A stretch of 64,000 nucleotides of DNA from Acidimicrobiia bacterium (GTDB lineage Bacteria; Actinomycetota; Acidimicrobiia; IMCC26256; DASPTH01): positions 8,136 to 72,135 of the forward strand of contig JAXLRL010000019.1 of NCBI GenBank assembly GCA_046331125.1, given 5' to 3'. Both the position numbers and the translations under genes were made by a program. The stretch's first letter is position 1; the number at the start of each line of letters is the position of its first letter. Below the pieces are notes generated by a model. The model was not told where the DNA came from. It saw only the letters and a program-made list of their open reading frames with translations, and did not search any database. Below, piece after piece: positions 10,285 to 20,458 of this stretch.

Positions 10285-11917
10285 ATGACTCAGGCTGGCG
10301 ATCTCCTCATCCAGGGCGGCACCGTCGTCGACGGCGCCGGTGCCCCCGCCGCGCGGCCGACGTGCGCGTGCGCACCGGCAAGATCGTGGAGGTCGGCCCC
10401 GGCCTCACCCCCGACGGCGAGGAGGTGCTCGGCGTCAGGCGCGCTCGTCACCCCCGGCGGCTTCATCGACCAGCACACCTCGACCCATGCGCGTTCTTCG
10501 ACCCGCGTGCGACCCGCGGCCCCCAGCACGGCGTGACCACCGCGATGGTGGGCAACTGCTCGCTGTCGCTGTTCCCCGTGAACGACAGGCAGCGACGACA
10601 TCGCCGACGTGACCCGCGTTCGTGGAGGACGTCCACCGAGATCCTCACGGGATCCGTGCCGTGGACGTGGACCGACTGCGCGGGGTACCAGCGCGCTGCT
10701 CGACGGTGGACTCGGCCTCACTTCGCGCGCTCATGGGCCACTCGCCGCTGCGCGTCGTGGTGATGGGTGACGCCGCGTGGGAAGGCGCGCCCATAGCGCG
10801 GAGGAAGCGCCGCCGAGATGGCGGCGATCTCGCGGAGAGCGATGCGCCAGGGAGGCGTTCGGGCTGTCGACGTCGTTCTTCAGCAGGACGCCAGGGGCGG
10901 CCGGTGCCGTCGCGCAACGCCGATGTCGCGAGGAGTTCGCCGCGCTGTTCGACGTGATCCAGGCCGGCCGCGGCTTCGTGGAGTTCGTGCCCAGCCTCAC
11001 GGGCGAGGGACCCGCAGGTCGCCATGCGCATGCTCGCCGAGCTGGCGAGCGAACAGGGCATCCCGATCCCGCGTGGACCGGCCGCGGTGACCGCGGCCCG
11101 CCCACCGCCACCGACCGCTGGCTCGAGTTCCGCGAGCTCAGGCCGAGGGCATCGAGATGATCCGCAGCTCTCGCCGCACCGTCGACTTCCGCATCAACTG
11201 GGACAGCTCGATGATGTTCATGCCCTTCGTGCAGGGGTGGGCCAAAAGCTCATCCAGGCGCAGGGCGCCGGCGCGAAGCTCAACCCTGGTGAAGGACCCC
11301 GAGTGGCGCACGGCAGCCGCGAGGAGTGGGACCGTGTCGACAAGGCGATGTTCCCGAACTGCGCGTCTCGACGTCGTGAAGATCGTCGAGATCAGCAATC
11401 CGCCGACGAGCAGTGAGCAGGCCAGAGCCTCGCCGACGTCGTCGCCGCGCGGCGGTCACCGTCCGACGTGCTCGCCGACCTCGTGCGCGACAACGGCGGC
11501 TACCCGGGCGTGGTCGTGCAGGGCATCGCCAACAGCCCGAGCATGCGCCGACAAGGTCGCCGCGGTGCTCGCCGATCCGACGTGATCGTGCGTCTCGGCG
11601 CAGGCTTGCACGTGCAGATGCTGTGCGTCGGGCGACGCACGCTCGTGCTCACGCGCCACGTGCCGAAGCGCGGCGACTTCACACTCGAGCGTGCGATCCA
11701 CGAGCTCACCGGTCGCCAGGCCGACACGTTCGGGTTCCGCGACCGCGGCGCACGATCACCGAGGGCCTCGCCGCCGACCTCGTGGTGTTCGACCTCGACG
11801 AGCTGCACTGGGACGTCGAGGAGTTCGTCGCCGACCTCCCCGGCGCGCGCTGCGCTTCCGCCGCCCCGAGGGCGGCCTGCTGGCGGTGGTGACGGCGAAG
11901 TTCGTGCAGCGCGGTAG
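10285..11917 (+). pseudogene. D-aminoacylase / N-acyl-D-amino-acid deacylase-type amidohydrolase, heavily frameshifted
   Basis: Recognisable segments are distributed over three frames: MTQAGDLLIQGGTVVDGAGAPAAR, DVRVRTGKIVEVGPGLTPDGEEVL, HGVTTAMVGNCSLSLFPV, LTGSVPWTWTDCAGYQRA, ALMGHSPLRVVVMGDAAW, ERAIHELTGRQADTFGFRDRG and GLAADLVVFDLDELHWDV. Confidence 0.55.
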
Positions 11918-12231
11918 CCAGCTGCAGGCGTGCTGCCGGGCACCGTGTCGGCATCAACGTGGGGTGAAGCGGGACCAGTGCCGCTGGTGCCGCGGATGAG
12001 CAGAGCATCGTGGTGTCGCAGCACGCTTCGTAGGCCGCAACTCTTGCAGAAGGAGTCGCAGGTGACGGACGACACTCCGCCGGGTCATCGCCAGGCCGAT
12101 CAGCACAGCTGACGCCCACGAACCCTCGACCATGACGCGGCAACGCCACTGCGGCAGGCCGCGAAGAACGAGTTCACGGTGCGCCCCCGTTGGTCGGTGT
12201 GCACGCAGGAACATCCGAATCACCAGCGCGC

Positions 12232-12256
12232 GACGCCCCGGAGGGTCCGGGGCGTC
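12232..12256. terminator. perfect 11-bp stem / 3-nt loop hairpin at the 3' end of the DUF998 gene
   Basis: GACGCCCCGGA-ggg-TCCGGGGCGTC overlaps the minus-strand stop codon (12255-12257). There is no U-tract, which is common for actinobacterial terminators. Confidence 0.45.
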
Positions 12257-12871
12257 ATCGCGTCCGGGTCTGCTCCATGAGGGCGACGCCGAAGCCGACG
12301 AGCCACAGCACCGGATAGACGGCCAACGCTCGACGCCCCCCACGCCGAGCGCCGCGGGGCCGAAGTCGAAGACGTCGGTGCCGAGCACCATCGCGACGAC
12401 GAGACCGCGCCGAGGACGACGCCGAACCACCGGTAGGGCCGCGGACGACTTCAGGCGGAGATCGCCGCCACGCGCGGCCACGAGGCCGTAGGCGCAGAGG
12501 TGGTGCCCTGGCAGCACGTCACCCGGGAAGATCCCCATGCCCACCAGCCCGATCGCGGCGACCGCCAGCGCGGCGACCACGGTCCGGTGGCCCACCGCGA
12601 GCGCGAGGTGCGCGGCCCCGACCAGCAGGAGCAACCCGGCGCCGATGGTGAGGACCACGAACAGGGCCCGTGAGTCGGCGAAGACGACACTGTGGGGCGG
12701 ACGCGTGCCGCCCAGGTCGCTGATGGTGTTCTGCGCCGTCGTGAAGCGCCGGGGGTAGAGCGCCTCACCGGTGATGATGCCCATGAAGGTGGCGATGCCG
12801 GTGACGGTGAAGACGGCGCCGGCCACCCGTCTCGCCCGGGCCTTCCGGGTGACCGTGGTGACCGTGGTCAT
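12255..12871 (-). pseudogene. DUF998-like integral membrane protein, at least 2 frameshifts
   Basis: MTTVTTVTRKARARRVAGAVFTVTGIATFMGIITGEALYP…NTISDLGG…LFVVLTIGAGLLLLVGAAHLALAV… is followed by frame breaks. VVAMVLGTDVFDFGPAALGVGGVERW and LVGFGVALMEQTRTR* lie in other frames. Confidence 0.5.
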
Positions 12872-12951
12872 CGTGCCCACCTTCTCCGGCGGGCCACCCT
12901 CGGCGCTCTCCTCCCAGTGTGTGACCAACCGGGCAATCCGGCCAGGGCCGA

Positions 12952-13989
12952 TCAGCCCTTCGCGTACTGCTCCACGATCGGGGCGAGCTCGGTGGGGTTG
13001 GCGCCGTGCATGATCACACCGTCGCAGCCCAGGGCGAACTGGTTGCGGATCGCGGCGACGCACTGCTCGGGTGAGCCGGCGGCCATCGGCGCGAGCCACT
13101 CGTCGGGCACCAGCGTCTGGAAGTGCTCGAGCTGCTCCACCGTGGCCTTGCCGTCGATCGCCCCCTGGAAGTTGGCGAAGGTCTCGTCGGTGCGGAGCTT
13201 GTTCAGGTCGTCCATGCTCCAGCCGTTCACCTCGACGAGCAGTTGGCCGTAGCCCTGCATGTAGGTGACGAGGCGACCGACCGTCTTGTTGATGCGCAGC
13301 TCGTAGGGGATGTGGTCGCCCACGGTCGCGAAGCACGACCACACCTTCACCGCGTCGGGGTCGCGGCCGGCCTGCTCGGCCGAGTCCTTCACGATCTTCA
13401 CCGCCTTGGCGGTGTACTCGTCGCTGAAGAACGTGTGCAGCACGACCTGGTCGAACACCTTGCCGCCGAGCGCCAGCGACTTCGGGCCGATGGCGACGAA
13501 GCCCAGGTCGATCTCGGTGGGCGTGATGCCGCTCAGGCCGAGGTACGGGTACTTCCCCGCCGGGCCGTCGTGACCGAAGATCATCTCCCCCGCCCACAGG
13601 CGGCGCATGATGCCGGCGAAGTCCTCGAGCTGCGCGTTGGTGATGTGCGGCAGGCCCATACCGTCGAACATGCGGTCGAAGCCGCGACCGAGCCCGAGAG
13701 TGAAGCGACCCTGGGTGAGGCTGTCCATGGTGGTGGCGTAGGCGGCGGTGATCTGCGGGTGGCGCGTGTTGTGGTTGGTGGCGGCGGTGGCGATGCGGAT
13801 GTTCTCGCTCACCGCACCGGCGGCGCCCGACACCGTGGCCGCCTCCTTGTAGGCGAGGCGCTCGGAGATGAAGGCGAACCCGAGGCCCATCGCGTCTGCG
13901 GCCTTGACCTCGTCGATCACCGCGCGGGTCGACGGCGGCGCCCCCGCGAGGGTGTAGAAGGCGAGCTCGGGGAAGCGAGGTTCGGTCAC
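12952..13989 (-). CDS. luciferase-like monooxygenase (LLM) class, probably F420-dependent oxidoreductase
   Basis: The ORF is an intact 345 aa with an AGGAG SD before the GTG at 13989. Its sequence (…FAFISERLAYKEAATVSGAAGAVSENIRIATAATNHNTRHP…GRFTLGLGRGF…) is typical of the LLM family. Confidence 0.8.
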   Translation of the reverse strand: MTEPRFPELAFYTLAGAPPSTRAVIDEVKAADAMGLGFAFISERLAYKEAATVSGAAGAVSENIRIATAATNHNTRHPQITAAYATTMDSLTQGRFTLGLGRGFDRMFDGMGLPHITNAQLEDFAGIMRRLWAGEMIFGHDGPAGKYPYLGLSGITPTEIDLGFVAIGPKSLALGGKVFDQVVLHTFFSDEYTAKAVKIVKDSAEQAGRDPDAVKVWSCFATVGDHIPYELRINKTVGRLVTYMQGYGQLLVEVNGWSMDDLNKLRTDETFANFQGAIDGKATVEQLEHFQTLVPDEWLAPMAAGSPEQCVAAIRNQFALGCDGVIMHGANPTELAPIVEQYAKG

Positions 13990-14072
13990 GGGTGTGCTCC
14001 TGCGTCGGCGGTCGCCCGAGGCTAGGCGGTCGCCGGACGCGGTACGTTCCTCCCGTCGAAGGGGGAACGACG

Positions 14073-15473
14073 ATGACCGACGCGACCGATACCGCCGTGG
14101 AGTTGGACGAGGCCGCCCGCTACGAGCAGCAGGCCGCCGTGGTGCGGGCCTGGTTGGAGAGCAAGTTGGGCGAGGTCGTCGCCCTCGAGCGCCAGGCCCG
14201 GTGGCGGCCGGCGTGGTTCGCCACCGTGAAGCAGCCCGACGGCACCGAGCGGCAGCTCTACGTGCGCGGCGCGCGTGAGGGACTGAGCAACATGTCGACC
14301 CTCGACGAGGAGGCCGGGATGCTCCAGGTGCTCGAGCAGCACGGCATCCCCGTCCCCCACGTCTACGGGATGATCGACGAGCTCCCCGCGTTCGTGATGG
14401 ACGCGCTCCCCGGCCGGGCGAACCTCGGCACCGCGGAGAGCGAGGCCGAGCAGCGCGCCGTGCTCGACCACTACATCGAGATCCTCACGCAGGTGCACGC
14501 CATCGATCCCGAGGAGTTCACCGGAATCGGATTGCGCGTGCCCGAGGGCGCGGTCGACGTCGCGCTCAACATGTTCGACCGTTTCGAGCAGACCTACCGC
14601 AGTGAGAAGCAGCGGCCCGACCCCGCGATGGAGTTCGGCATCAAGTGGGTGCGCCGCAACGTGCTCACGCACCGCAACGAGCCCCGCTTCGTCACCTGCG
14701 ACTCCGCGCAGTTCATGTTCGACGACGGGCGCGTCACCGGACTGATCGACCTCGAGCTCGGCTACGTCGGCGACCCGATGCAGGACCTCGCCAGCTTCCG
14801 CATGCGCGACATGACCGAGCCGCTCGGCGACATCATCGCCGGCATGCTCCGCTACGAGGAGCTCACCGGCGAGCCGCTCGACATCGGCGCGATCGACTAC
14901 CACCTCGTGGAGTGGTCGTTGTGCACGCCGCTCACCTTGTGTGGCGCGGTGCAGGCCACGCCGCCGCTCCCCGAACTGATGCAGTACTTCGAGTGGTACC
15001 ACCAGTACACGCTCACCGCGTTCGAGGCGCTCGCGCACATCATCGGCGCCGAGGTCCCGTCGGTCACGCTGTCCGCACCGGTTGTCACGCGCGACTCCAC
15101 GTTGCACGCGGCGCTCGCCGACACGATCCGCTCGCTGACCGCCGACGACCCCGTCGACCAGTTCCGGCGCGACTCCACCGCGGCAACCGCGCAGTACCTG
15201 CACATGGTCGACCTCCACGGGCCGGGGGTCGAGGCCGCCGACCTCGACGACATCGCCGCGGTCATCGGCACTCGGCCCGCGAACTGGGCCGACGGCGACG
15301 CGGCGCTCGAGGAGTTCGTACTCGCGGCCGGCCCCGAGCACGACGTCGCGCTCACCCAGCTGTTCATCCGCCGCAGCCTGCGTCAGCGGCTGCTGATGGA
15401 GCCCGTCCTCACGATGGGGAAGATCTCACGCATCGAGCCGCTGGCCGACCTCATCGGCGCCCGGCGCGGCTGA
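14073..15473 (+). CDS. phosphotransferase (APH/choline-kinase-like) family protein
   Basis: The ORF is intact with an AAGGGGGA RBS. It reads MTDATDTAVELDEAARYEQQ…, with CDSAQFMFDDGRVTGLIDLELGYVGDPMQDL matching the APH catalytic/Brenner and D-x-E region. Confidence 0.7.
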   Translation: MTDATDTAVELDEAARYEQQAAVVRAWLESKLGEVVALERQARWRPAWFATVKQPDGTERQLYVRGAREGLSNMSTLDEEAGMLQVLEQHGIPVPHVYGMIDELPAFVMDALPGRANLGTAESEAEQRAVLDHYIEILTQVHAIDPEEFTGIGLRVPEGAVDVALNMFDRFEQTYRSEKQRPDPAMEFGIKWVRRNVLTHRNEPRFVTCDSAQFMFDDGRVTGLIDLELGYVGDPMQDLASFRMRDMTEPLGDIIAGMLRYEELTGEPLDIGAIDYHLVEWSLCTPLTLCGAVQATPPLPELMQYFEWYHQYTLTAFEALAHIIGAEVPSVTLSAPVVTRDSTLHAALADTIRSLTADDPVDQFRRDSTAATAQYLHMVDLHGPGVEAADLDDIAAVIGTRPANWADGDAALEEFVLAAGPEHDVALTQLFIRRSLRQRLLMEPVLTMGKISRIEPLADLIGARRG

Positions 15474-15488
15474 CGGCGGGACCGTCAG
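15470..15488. terminator. 7-bp hairpin spanning the two convergent stop codons
   Basis: CTGACGG-cggga-CCGTCAG contains the TGA of the + gene and the TCA (reverse complement TGA) of the - gene. The gap is only 11 nt. Confidence 0.25.
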
Positions 15489-15964
15489 GCGTACTCGCCG
15501 CCCCACGCGGGGCCACCGGGGATGTACTCGCACATCTCGATGCCCTGACCGTCGGGGTCGATGGCGAAGAACATCTTCACGCCGTGCACCTCGACCGGTG
15601 CACCCGACACGGGCACCCCGTGGGCGACGAGCGCGGCGTGGGCCGCGACCGCGTCCTCGACCTCCATCGAGAGCACGCGCAGGCCGAGACCGGTGCCGGG
15701 CGGGCCGTCGGGCAGGAAGTTGAAGTGCATGAGCTCCACGCGCAGGGAACCGATGCGCCCACCGCAGGCCTGGCCCGCGGCGCCGGGCGCGCCGGTGAGG
15801 CGCTCGAAGTTCTCGCCGCCCATCTGCTCGTCGAACACCTGCGTCCAGCCGAACACGTCGCGGTAGAAGGCGATCGAGCGCTCCATGTCGCTCACCGCGA
15901 TCGACACGTGCGACACGTCCTTCAGCGCGACACCCACCGGCGTCGTCGTCCCCGGCACGCTCAT
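15485..15964 (-). CDS. VOC (glyoxalase/bleomycin-resistance/dioxygenase) family protein
   Basis: A GAGGAGGA SD lies upstream of the ATG at 15964. The sequence reads MSVPGTTTPVGVALKDVSHVSIAVSDMERSIAFYRDVFGW…VHGVKMFFAIDPDGQGIEM. Confidence 0.75.
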   Translation of the reverse strand: MSVPGTTTPVGVALKDVSHVSIAVSDMERSIAFYRDVFGWTQVFDEQMGGENFERLTGAPGAAGQACGGRIGSLRVELMHFNFLPDGPPGTGLGLRVLSMEVEDAVAAHAALVAHGVPVSGAPVEVHGVKMFFAIDPDGQGIEMCEYIPGGPAWGGEYA

Positions 15965-15989
15965 CGGATCCTCCTCTACGATCCCGGCC

Positions 15990-16952
15990 ATGACCGATGC
16001 TCCCACATATCGATTCGACCCGGAGGTGGCCGAGATGGCCGCCCTGGTCGCCGGCCGCGGCGCGCCCACCGATGCGGTGCTGGCCCGCGAGGAGTCGGCC
16101 GCGATGTTCGCGGCGATCCCCCAGCCCGACGAGAGCGGGGTCGACATCGAGAACCGGGAGATCCCCGGGCGCGCCGGCGACCCCGACGTGACCGTGCGGA
16201 TCTACGTGCCGCAGCAGCGGGCCGCGACGCCCACGCCCGCCATCCTCTACATCCACGGCGGCGGGTTCTTCGTGGGGTCGATCGACACCGAGCACGGCGG
16301 CGCCGTCACCCTGGCGAAGGAGCTCGGGGTCGTGGTGGTCTCGGTCGAGTATCGGCTCGCACCCGAGCACCCGTATCCCGCGGGGCTCGAGGACTGCTAC
16401 GCGGCACTGCAGTGGTTGCACGGCGCAGCCGACGAGCTCGGCGTCGACACCTCCCGCATCGCGATCAACGGCGGCAGTGCGGGCGGCGGGCTGTCGGCCG
16501 CACTCGCGTTGCTCGCGAAGGATCGCGGCGGTCCCGCGATCTGCTTCCAGTACCTCGGCATCCCCGAGCTCGACGACCGCCTCGACACGCCGTCGATGCG
16601 GGCGTTCGTCGACACGCCGATGTGGTCGCGGCCCGCAGCCGAGAAGAGCTGGGAGTGGTACCTCGGCGACCTCTGGGGCTCGGCCGACGTGCCCTACACC
16701 GCATCGCCGTCGCGTGCGCGCGACGAGGACCTCGTGGGCCTGCCGCCCGCGTACGTCTCGGTGATGGAGTTCGACCCGCTGCGCGACGAAGGTCTCGACT
16801 ACGCGGTGCGCATGATCCGCGCCGGCGTGCCCGTCGAGCTGCACCACTTCCCCGGCACCTTCCACGGTTCGGCGATGGTGCAGACCGCGACGATCCACCG
16901 GCGCGAAGGCGTCGAGCGCCTCGCCGTGTGGCGCAAGGCGTTCGGGATCTGA
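15990..16952 (+). CDS. alpha/beta hydrolase, hormone-sensitive-lipase-like esterase
   Basis: The ORF is intact. It carries the oxyanion motif HGGGFFVG and the nucleophile elbow GGSAGGG. A TACGAT -10-like hexamer sits 7 nt before the ATG. Confidence 0.8.
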   Translation: MTDAPTYRFDPEVAEMAALVAGRGAPTDAVLAREESAAMFAAIPQPDESGVDIENREIPGRAGDPDVTVRIYVPQQRAATPTPAILYIHGGGFFVGSIDTEHGGAVTLAKELGVVVVSVEYRLAPEHPYPAGLEDCYAALQWLHGAADELGVDTSRIAINGGSAGGGLSAALALLAKDRGGPAICFQYLGIPELDDRLDTPSMRAFVDTPMWSRPAAEKSWEWYLGDLWGSADVPYTASPSRARDEDLVGLPPAYVSVMEFDPLRDEGLDYAVRMIRAGVPVELHHFPGTFHGSAMVQTATIHRREGVERLAVWRKAFGI

Positions 16953-16953
16953 C

Positions 16954-17701
16954 TCACTCGGGGAGCAGCAACGGCTTCCCGGCGTACTTCCGGTCGATCA
17001 CGTAGCTGTCGGAGAATCGGTCACCCAGTCGTTGATGACCATTCGTGCTGTTCGACAGCATCGCCCCGCAGATGAACGCGGTGAACGGTCCGTCGAGGAA
17101 CAACAGCAGCCATCGCGTCGAGGCGCGTCCGATGCTGATGCGCCGGCCCTGGAGGTCGGTGACCCGCAAGCCCGTGACCCACTTGCCGAGCGTCGTCCCG
17201 AGCGTTCCCTCGGCAACCGCCCAGTACGCGAACGTGAATGCGAGGAACGGCAGGCCCGGGTCCCACCAGGTCACCTCGTAGTTCGTGTCACCGATCCCGA
17301 CGACGGCGCGGGCTGGCTGCACGCTTCGTCGTTGCACCCGGGACCGAAATCGTCGGACGACGGCGCGAGCGTCGTGATCATGAGCACCAGCACTGCGAGG
17401 CAGACCGCCGAGTCGATGACGAACGCGACGACGCGGCGCGGCATGACGTCGGTGGGATCGGGGTCGACCTCGCGCGGCCAGCGCCGCATCGCAACGGGCT
17501 CGACGATGGGTTCGGGAGCGGCGAGCGTCGGTTGCGACACCGTCGTGGTCCACGTCGCCGGGCGCACCACCTGCGGCGGTGGGTCGGGGGCATCGACCGG
17601 GTCGACGGCACCGACACCGTTGTTCGCAACGTGATCGGTCCACGCGGTGCCGTCCCAGTAGCGGAACTGGTGACGCCCGCTCAGCGCGCGGGCGGCACCA
17701 T
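16954..17701 (-). pseudogene. DUF2510 + RDD family membrane protein, one frameshift near 17290
   Basis: GRHQFRYWDGTAWTDHV (DUF2510-like) is followed by VVAFVIDSAVCLAVLVLMITT. After a shift the sequence reads WAVAEGTLGTTLGKWVTGLRVTDLQGRRISIGRASTRWLLLFLD…RLGDRFSDSYVI, an RDD-type C-terminus. Confidence 0.6.
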
Positions 17702-18636
17702 CACCTGGTGGCCGAAGTTGTCCTTGCCGACGACGTAGCTGTCGGCGGCCATGTCACCGAGGCGACGGTGTCCGCGCGACACCGACGACGTGATGATCCC
17801 GCAGAGGAACAGCGTGATCGGTCCGTCGACCCAGAAGAGCAGCCAACGCAGCATCGATCGACCGATGCCGATGCGGCTGCCGTCGGGTCGTACGACGGTA
17901 CGCCCGTCATCAGCTTGCCGAGGGACGCGCCCGGCGAGCGCCTCGGGCAACATGAAGATGAGCAGGGTGAACAGCAGGAACCCGCCAAAGGTCGCGCCCA
18001 TGCTGCCCTCGTAGACGGTGTCGTTGATGCGGAACACCGCGCGGTTGTCGCACTCGATCTGGCGGTTGGAGTCGGACGCCGAGCTGTTCGACGCGAGTGG
18101 CAACCGGGGAGCGCCAGCGTCTCGGCGACCGTGCGCTGCGTCGCGAATGCCGTGAACAGGATGCCGAACGCCACGAGGCAGATCACGAGGTCGATGAAGA
18201 AACGCGCCGTAGCGGCGCCCGAGCACGGAGGTGGAGTCCTGGTTCGGCATCCAGAAGCCGGCCGGGGCGGTCGGGCTGGGCTGGAACTGCGGGACGGCCG
18301 CCGCCGCGCATGGGCCGCGTAGCCGGGCGCGCTCTCGCCGGGGGGGGCCCAGGTGGCAGGGGCCGGGGGCTCGGACCCGGGCGGCGGAGTGGGCGCGGCC
18401 GCCGCGGCCGGCGGGACCACGAGCCCGCCCGGGAAGGCCGGCGGCGTCTCGGGCGCAGGTGTCTGGGGCGCAGGTGTCTGGGGCGCCTGCGGGACCTGGG
18501 GTGACGCAACCGGCGGGTCGGTGGAGACCGCACCGTTGTCGGACACCTGGTCGGTCCAGGCCTGGCCGTCCCAGTAGCGGTACTGGTGGCGGCCGGTCGG
18601 GTCGGCCGCCCAGCGCGGCGGGTTGTTCGGGTCCAT
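17681..18636 (-). pseudogene. DUF2510 + RDD family membrane protein (tandem paralog), several frameshifts
   Basis: MDPNNPPRWAADPTGRHQYRYWDGQAWTDQVSDNG is followed by a Pro-rich linker (PQVPQAPQTPAPQTPAPETPP). FFIDLVICLVAFGILFT follows, and then in another frame ATFGGFLLFTLLIFMLPEA…RSMLRWLLFWVDGPITLFLCG…RLGDMAADSYVV. Confidence 0.55.
18451..18480. repeat. 15-bp perfect tandem duplication (GGGCGCAGGTGTCTG x2, plus a partial third copy)
   Basis: Read directly from the sequence. On the minus strand it encodes the PQTPAPQTPAP linker of the RDD gene. Confidence 0.9.
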
Positions 18637-18713
18637 GGCACGCTCCCTCGGGGTGACGAGGGGTAGCGTTGCAGGTCGCGGCGACCGGCGGGTGGATCCG
18701 CCGGCCGACGGAT

Positions 18714-20424
18714 CTAGCGGCGGACGAGGCTGCCGGGCCGGGCGCCGGTGTCGATGCCCTCACGCAGGGTCACCTGGCCGCCCACGATCGTCGCGACGTA
18801 GCCGTCGGCCCGCTGGATCACCCGGGGCGCACCGGTCGGCAGGTCGTGCACGACTTCGGGGAGTCGGAGGTGCAGGCGGGCCGGGTCGACGACGTTGAGG
18901 TCGGCCCGCTTGCCCACCGCGACGACACCACGGTCGTGGAAGCCGTAGAGCGCGGCGGGGCGACCCGTCATCTTGGCGACCGCGACCTCCAGCGGGACGC
19001 GCGGCCGCGGGTGCGCTCGTGCACGAACCAACCGAGCATCGACGTGTACACCGACGCGTCGCAGATGAGCGCGACGTGCGCGCCGCCGTCGGCCAGTCCG
19101 ATGACGGTGTCGGGGTGCAGCACCATGTCGTGCACGTGGTCGAGGTTGCGGTTGGCGTAGCCGCCGAGCGTGAACAGCAGGAGCTGCTTGCCGTCACGTG
19201 CGAGCAGCTGGTCGTAGAACACGTCGCCGATCGACGCACCGCTCGCCGCGGCGATGGCGGCGACGCTCGTGGACGGATCGGGCTCGTAGTCGGGCGTGTC
19301 ACCCATCACGAACGCCTTGTCGGGCATGCGGAACGCGAGGTAGCCCACGCCGGCCATCGTCGGGTCGTCGAGGATGCGACGACGGCGCTCGGGGTCGGCC
19401 ATCGCGGCGACCTTCTCGGCGAGCGGGAGGTGGTCGATCTCGTCGTACGCGGCGCGGCCCTGGAACACGTGCTTGGTGGTGAGGCCGAGCAGGATGCCGA
19501 GCGGACGACCGCGACCTGCGCGGAGACGTCGGCGCCGGCGGCGGTGTTCCTCGATCCAGCCGAGCACGTCGCGCCAGAGGTCGGGCGCGGTGTCGACCTG
19601 GCTGAGGCACAGGGACACGGGGAGACCGTGTGCGAGGAGAAGCGGGCGGCGAGGTCGACGTCGGCGTGGTAGCCGCCGGGCACCATGCCCATGCCCTCCG
19701 ACGACACGATCTCGAGCACACCACCACCGGCGCGCGCCATCGCCGCGCCGAGCGCGTCGAGCTCCGCGTCGTTGGCGAAGGTGCCGGGCACCGGACGACC
19801 GTCCTTCGCCGTGTGCGACGCGAGCCGGTTGGTGGAGAGGCCCACCGCGCCGGCCCGCACCGACTCCTCGACGATCGCGGCCATGCGCGCGAGCTCGTCG
19901 TCGGACGGCGGCACGTCCTCCGCGCCGCGCTCGTCCATCACGTAGGTGCGCAGCGCGCCGTGCGGCACCTGCGCGGCAATGTCGAGCGACCGGGGCATGC
20001 GGGCGAGCGCGTCGAGGTACTCGGGGAAGGTCTCCCACTCCCACGTGATGCCCTCGTGCAGCGCGGTGCCGGGGATGTCCTCGACGCCCTCCATGAGCTG
20101 CACCAGGTACTCGTGCCGGTCGCCCCGCACCGGCGCGAAACCCACGCCGCAATTGCCGAGCACCGCCGTGGTCACGCCGTGCCACGACGACGGCGTGAGC
20201 GTCTCGTCCCAGCTGGCCTGACCGTCGTAGTGCGTGTGCACGTCGACGAAGCCGGGCGTGACGAGAGCGCCGTCGGCGGCGATCTCCTCGCGGCCACGGC
20301 CGGCGACCTCGCCCACTTCGACGATCACGCCGTCGGCGATGGCGACGTCGGCGGCGAAGGCCGCGGCGCCGGTGCCGTCGACGACGGTGCCGCCCCGGAT
20401 CACGAGATCAGGCTGGCTCATCAC
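18714..20424 (-). pseudogene. D-aminoacylase-type amidohydrolase, about 3 frameshifts
   Basis: MMSQPDLVIRGGTVVDGTGAAAFAADVAIADGVIVEVG…[16 protein letters not shown]…[17 protein letters not shown] reads cleanly for 330 aa. Two further segments continue in two other frames: LSQVDTAPDLWRDVLGWIEEH…DGGAHVALICDASVYT and GRPAALYGFHDRGVVAVGKRADLNVVD. Confidence 0.65.
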
Positions 20425-20458
20425 TCCCCCTCGGAGATTTCCCTCACCGTTTGCCTGA

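Noticed and set aside
11920-12250. Possible small gene between the amidohydrolase pseudogene and the DUF998 gene (for example minus-strand MVEGSWASAVLIGLAMTRR… or the CDSFCKSCG-containing frame)
   Set aside because: There are only short, frame-ambiguous fragments with no recognisable family. I cannot distinguish them from non-coding sequence or from further decayed remnants.
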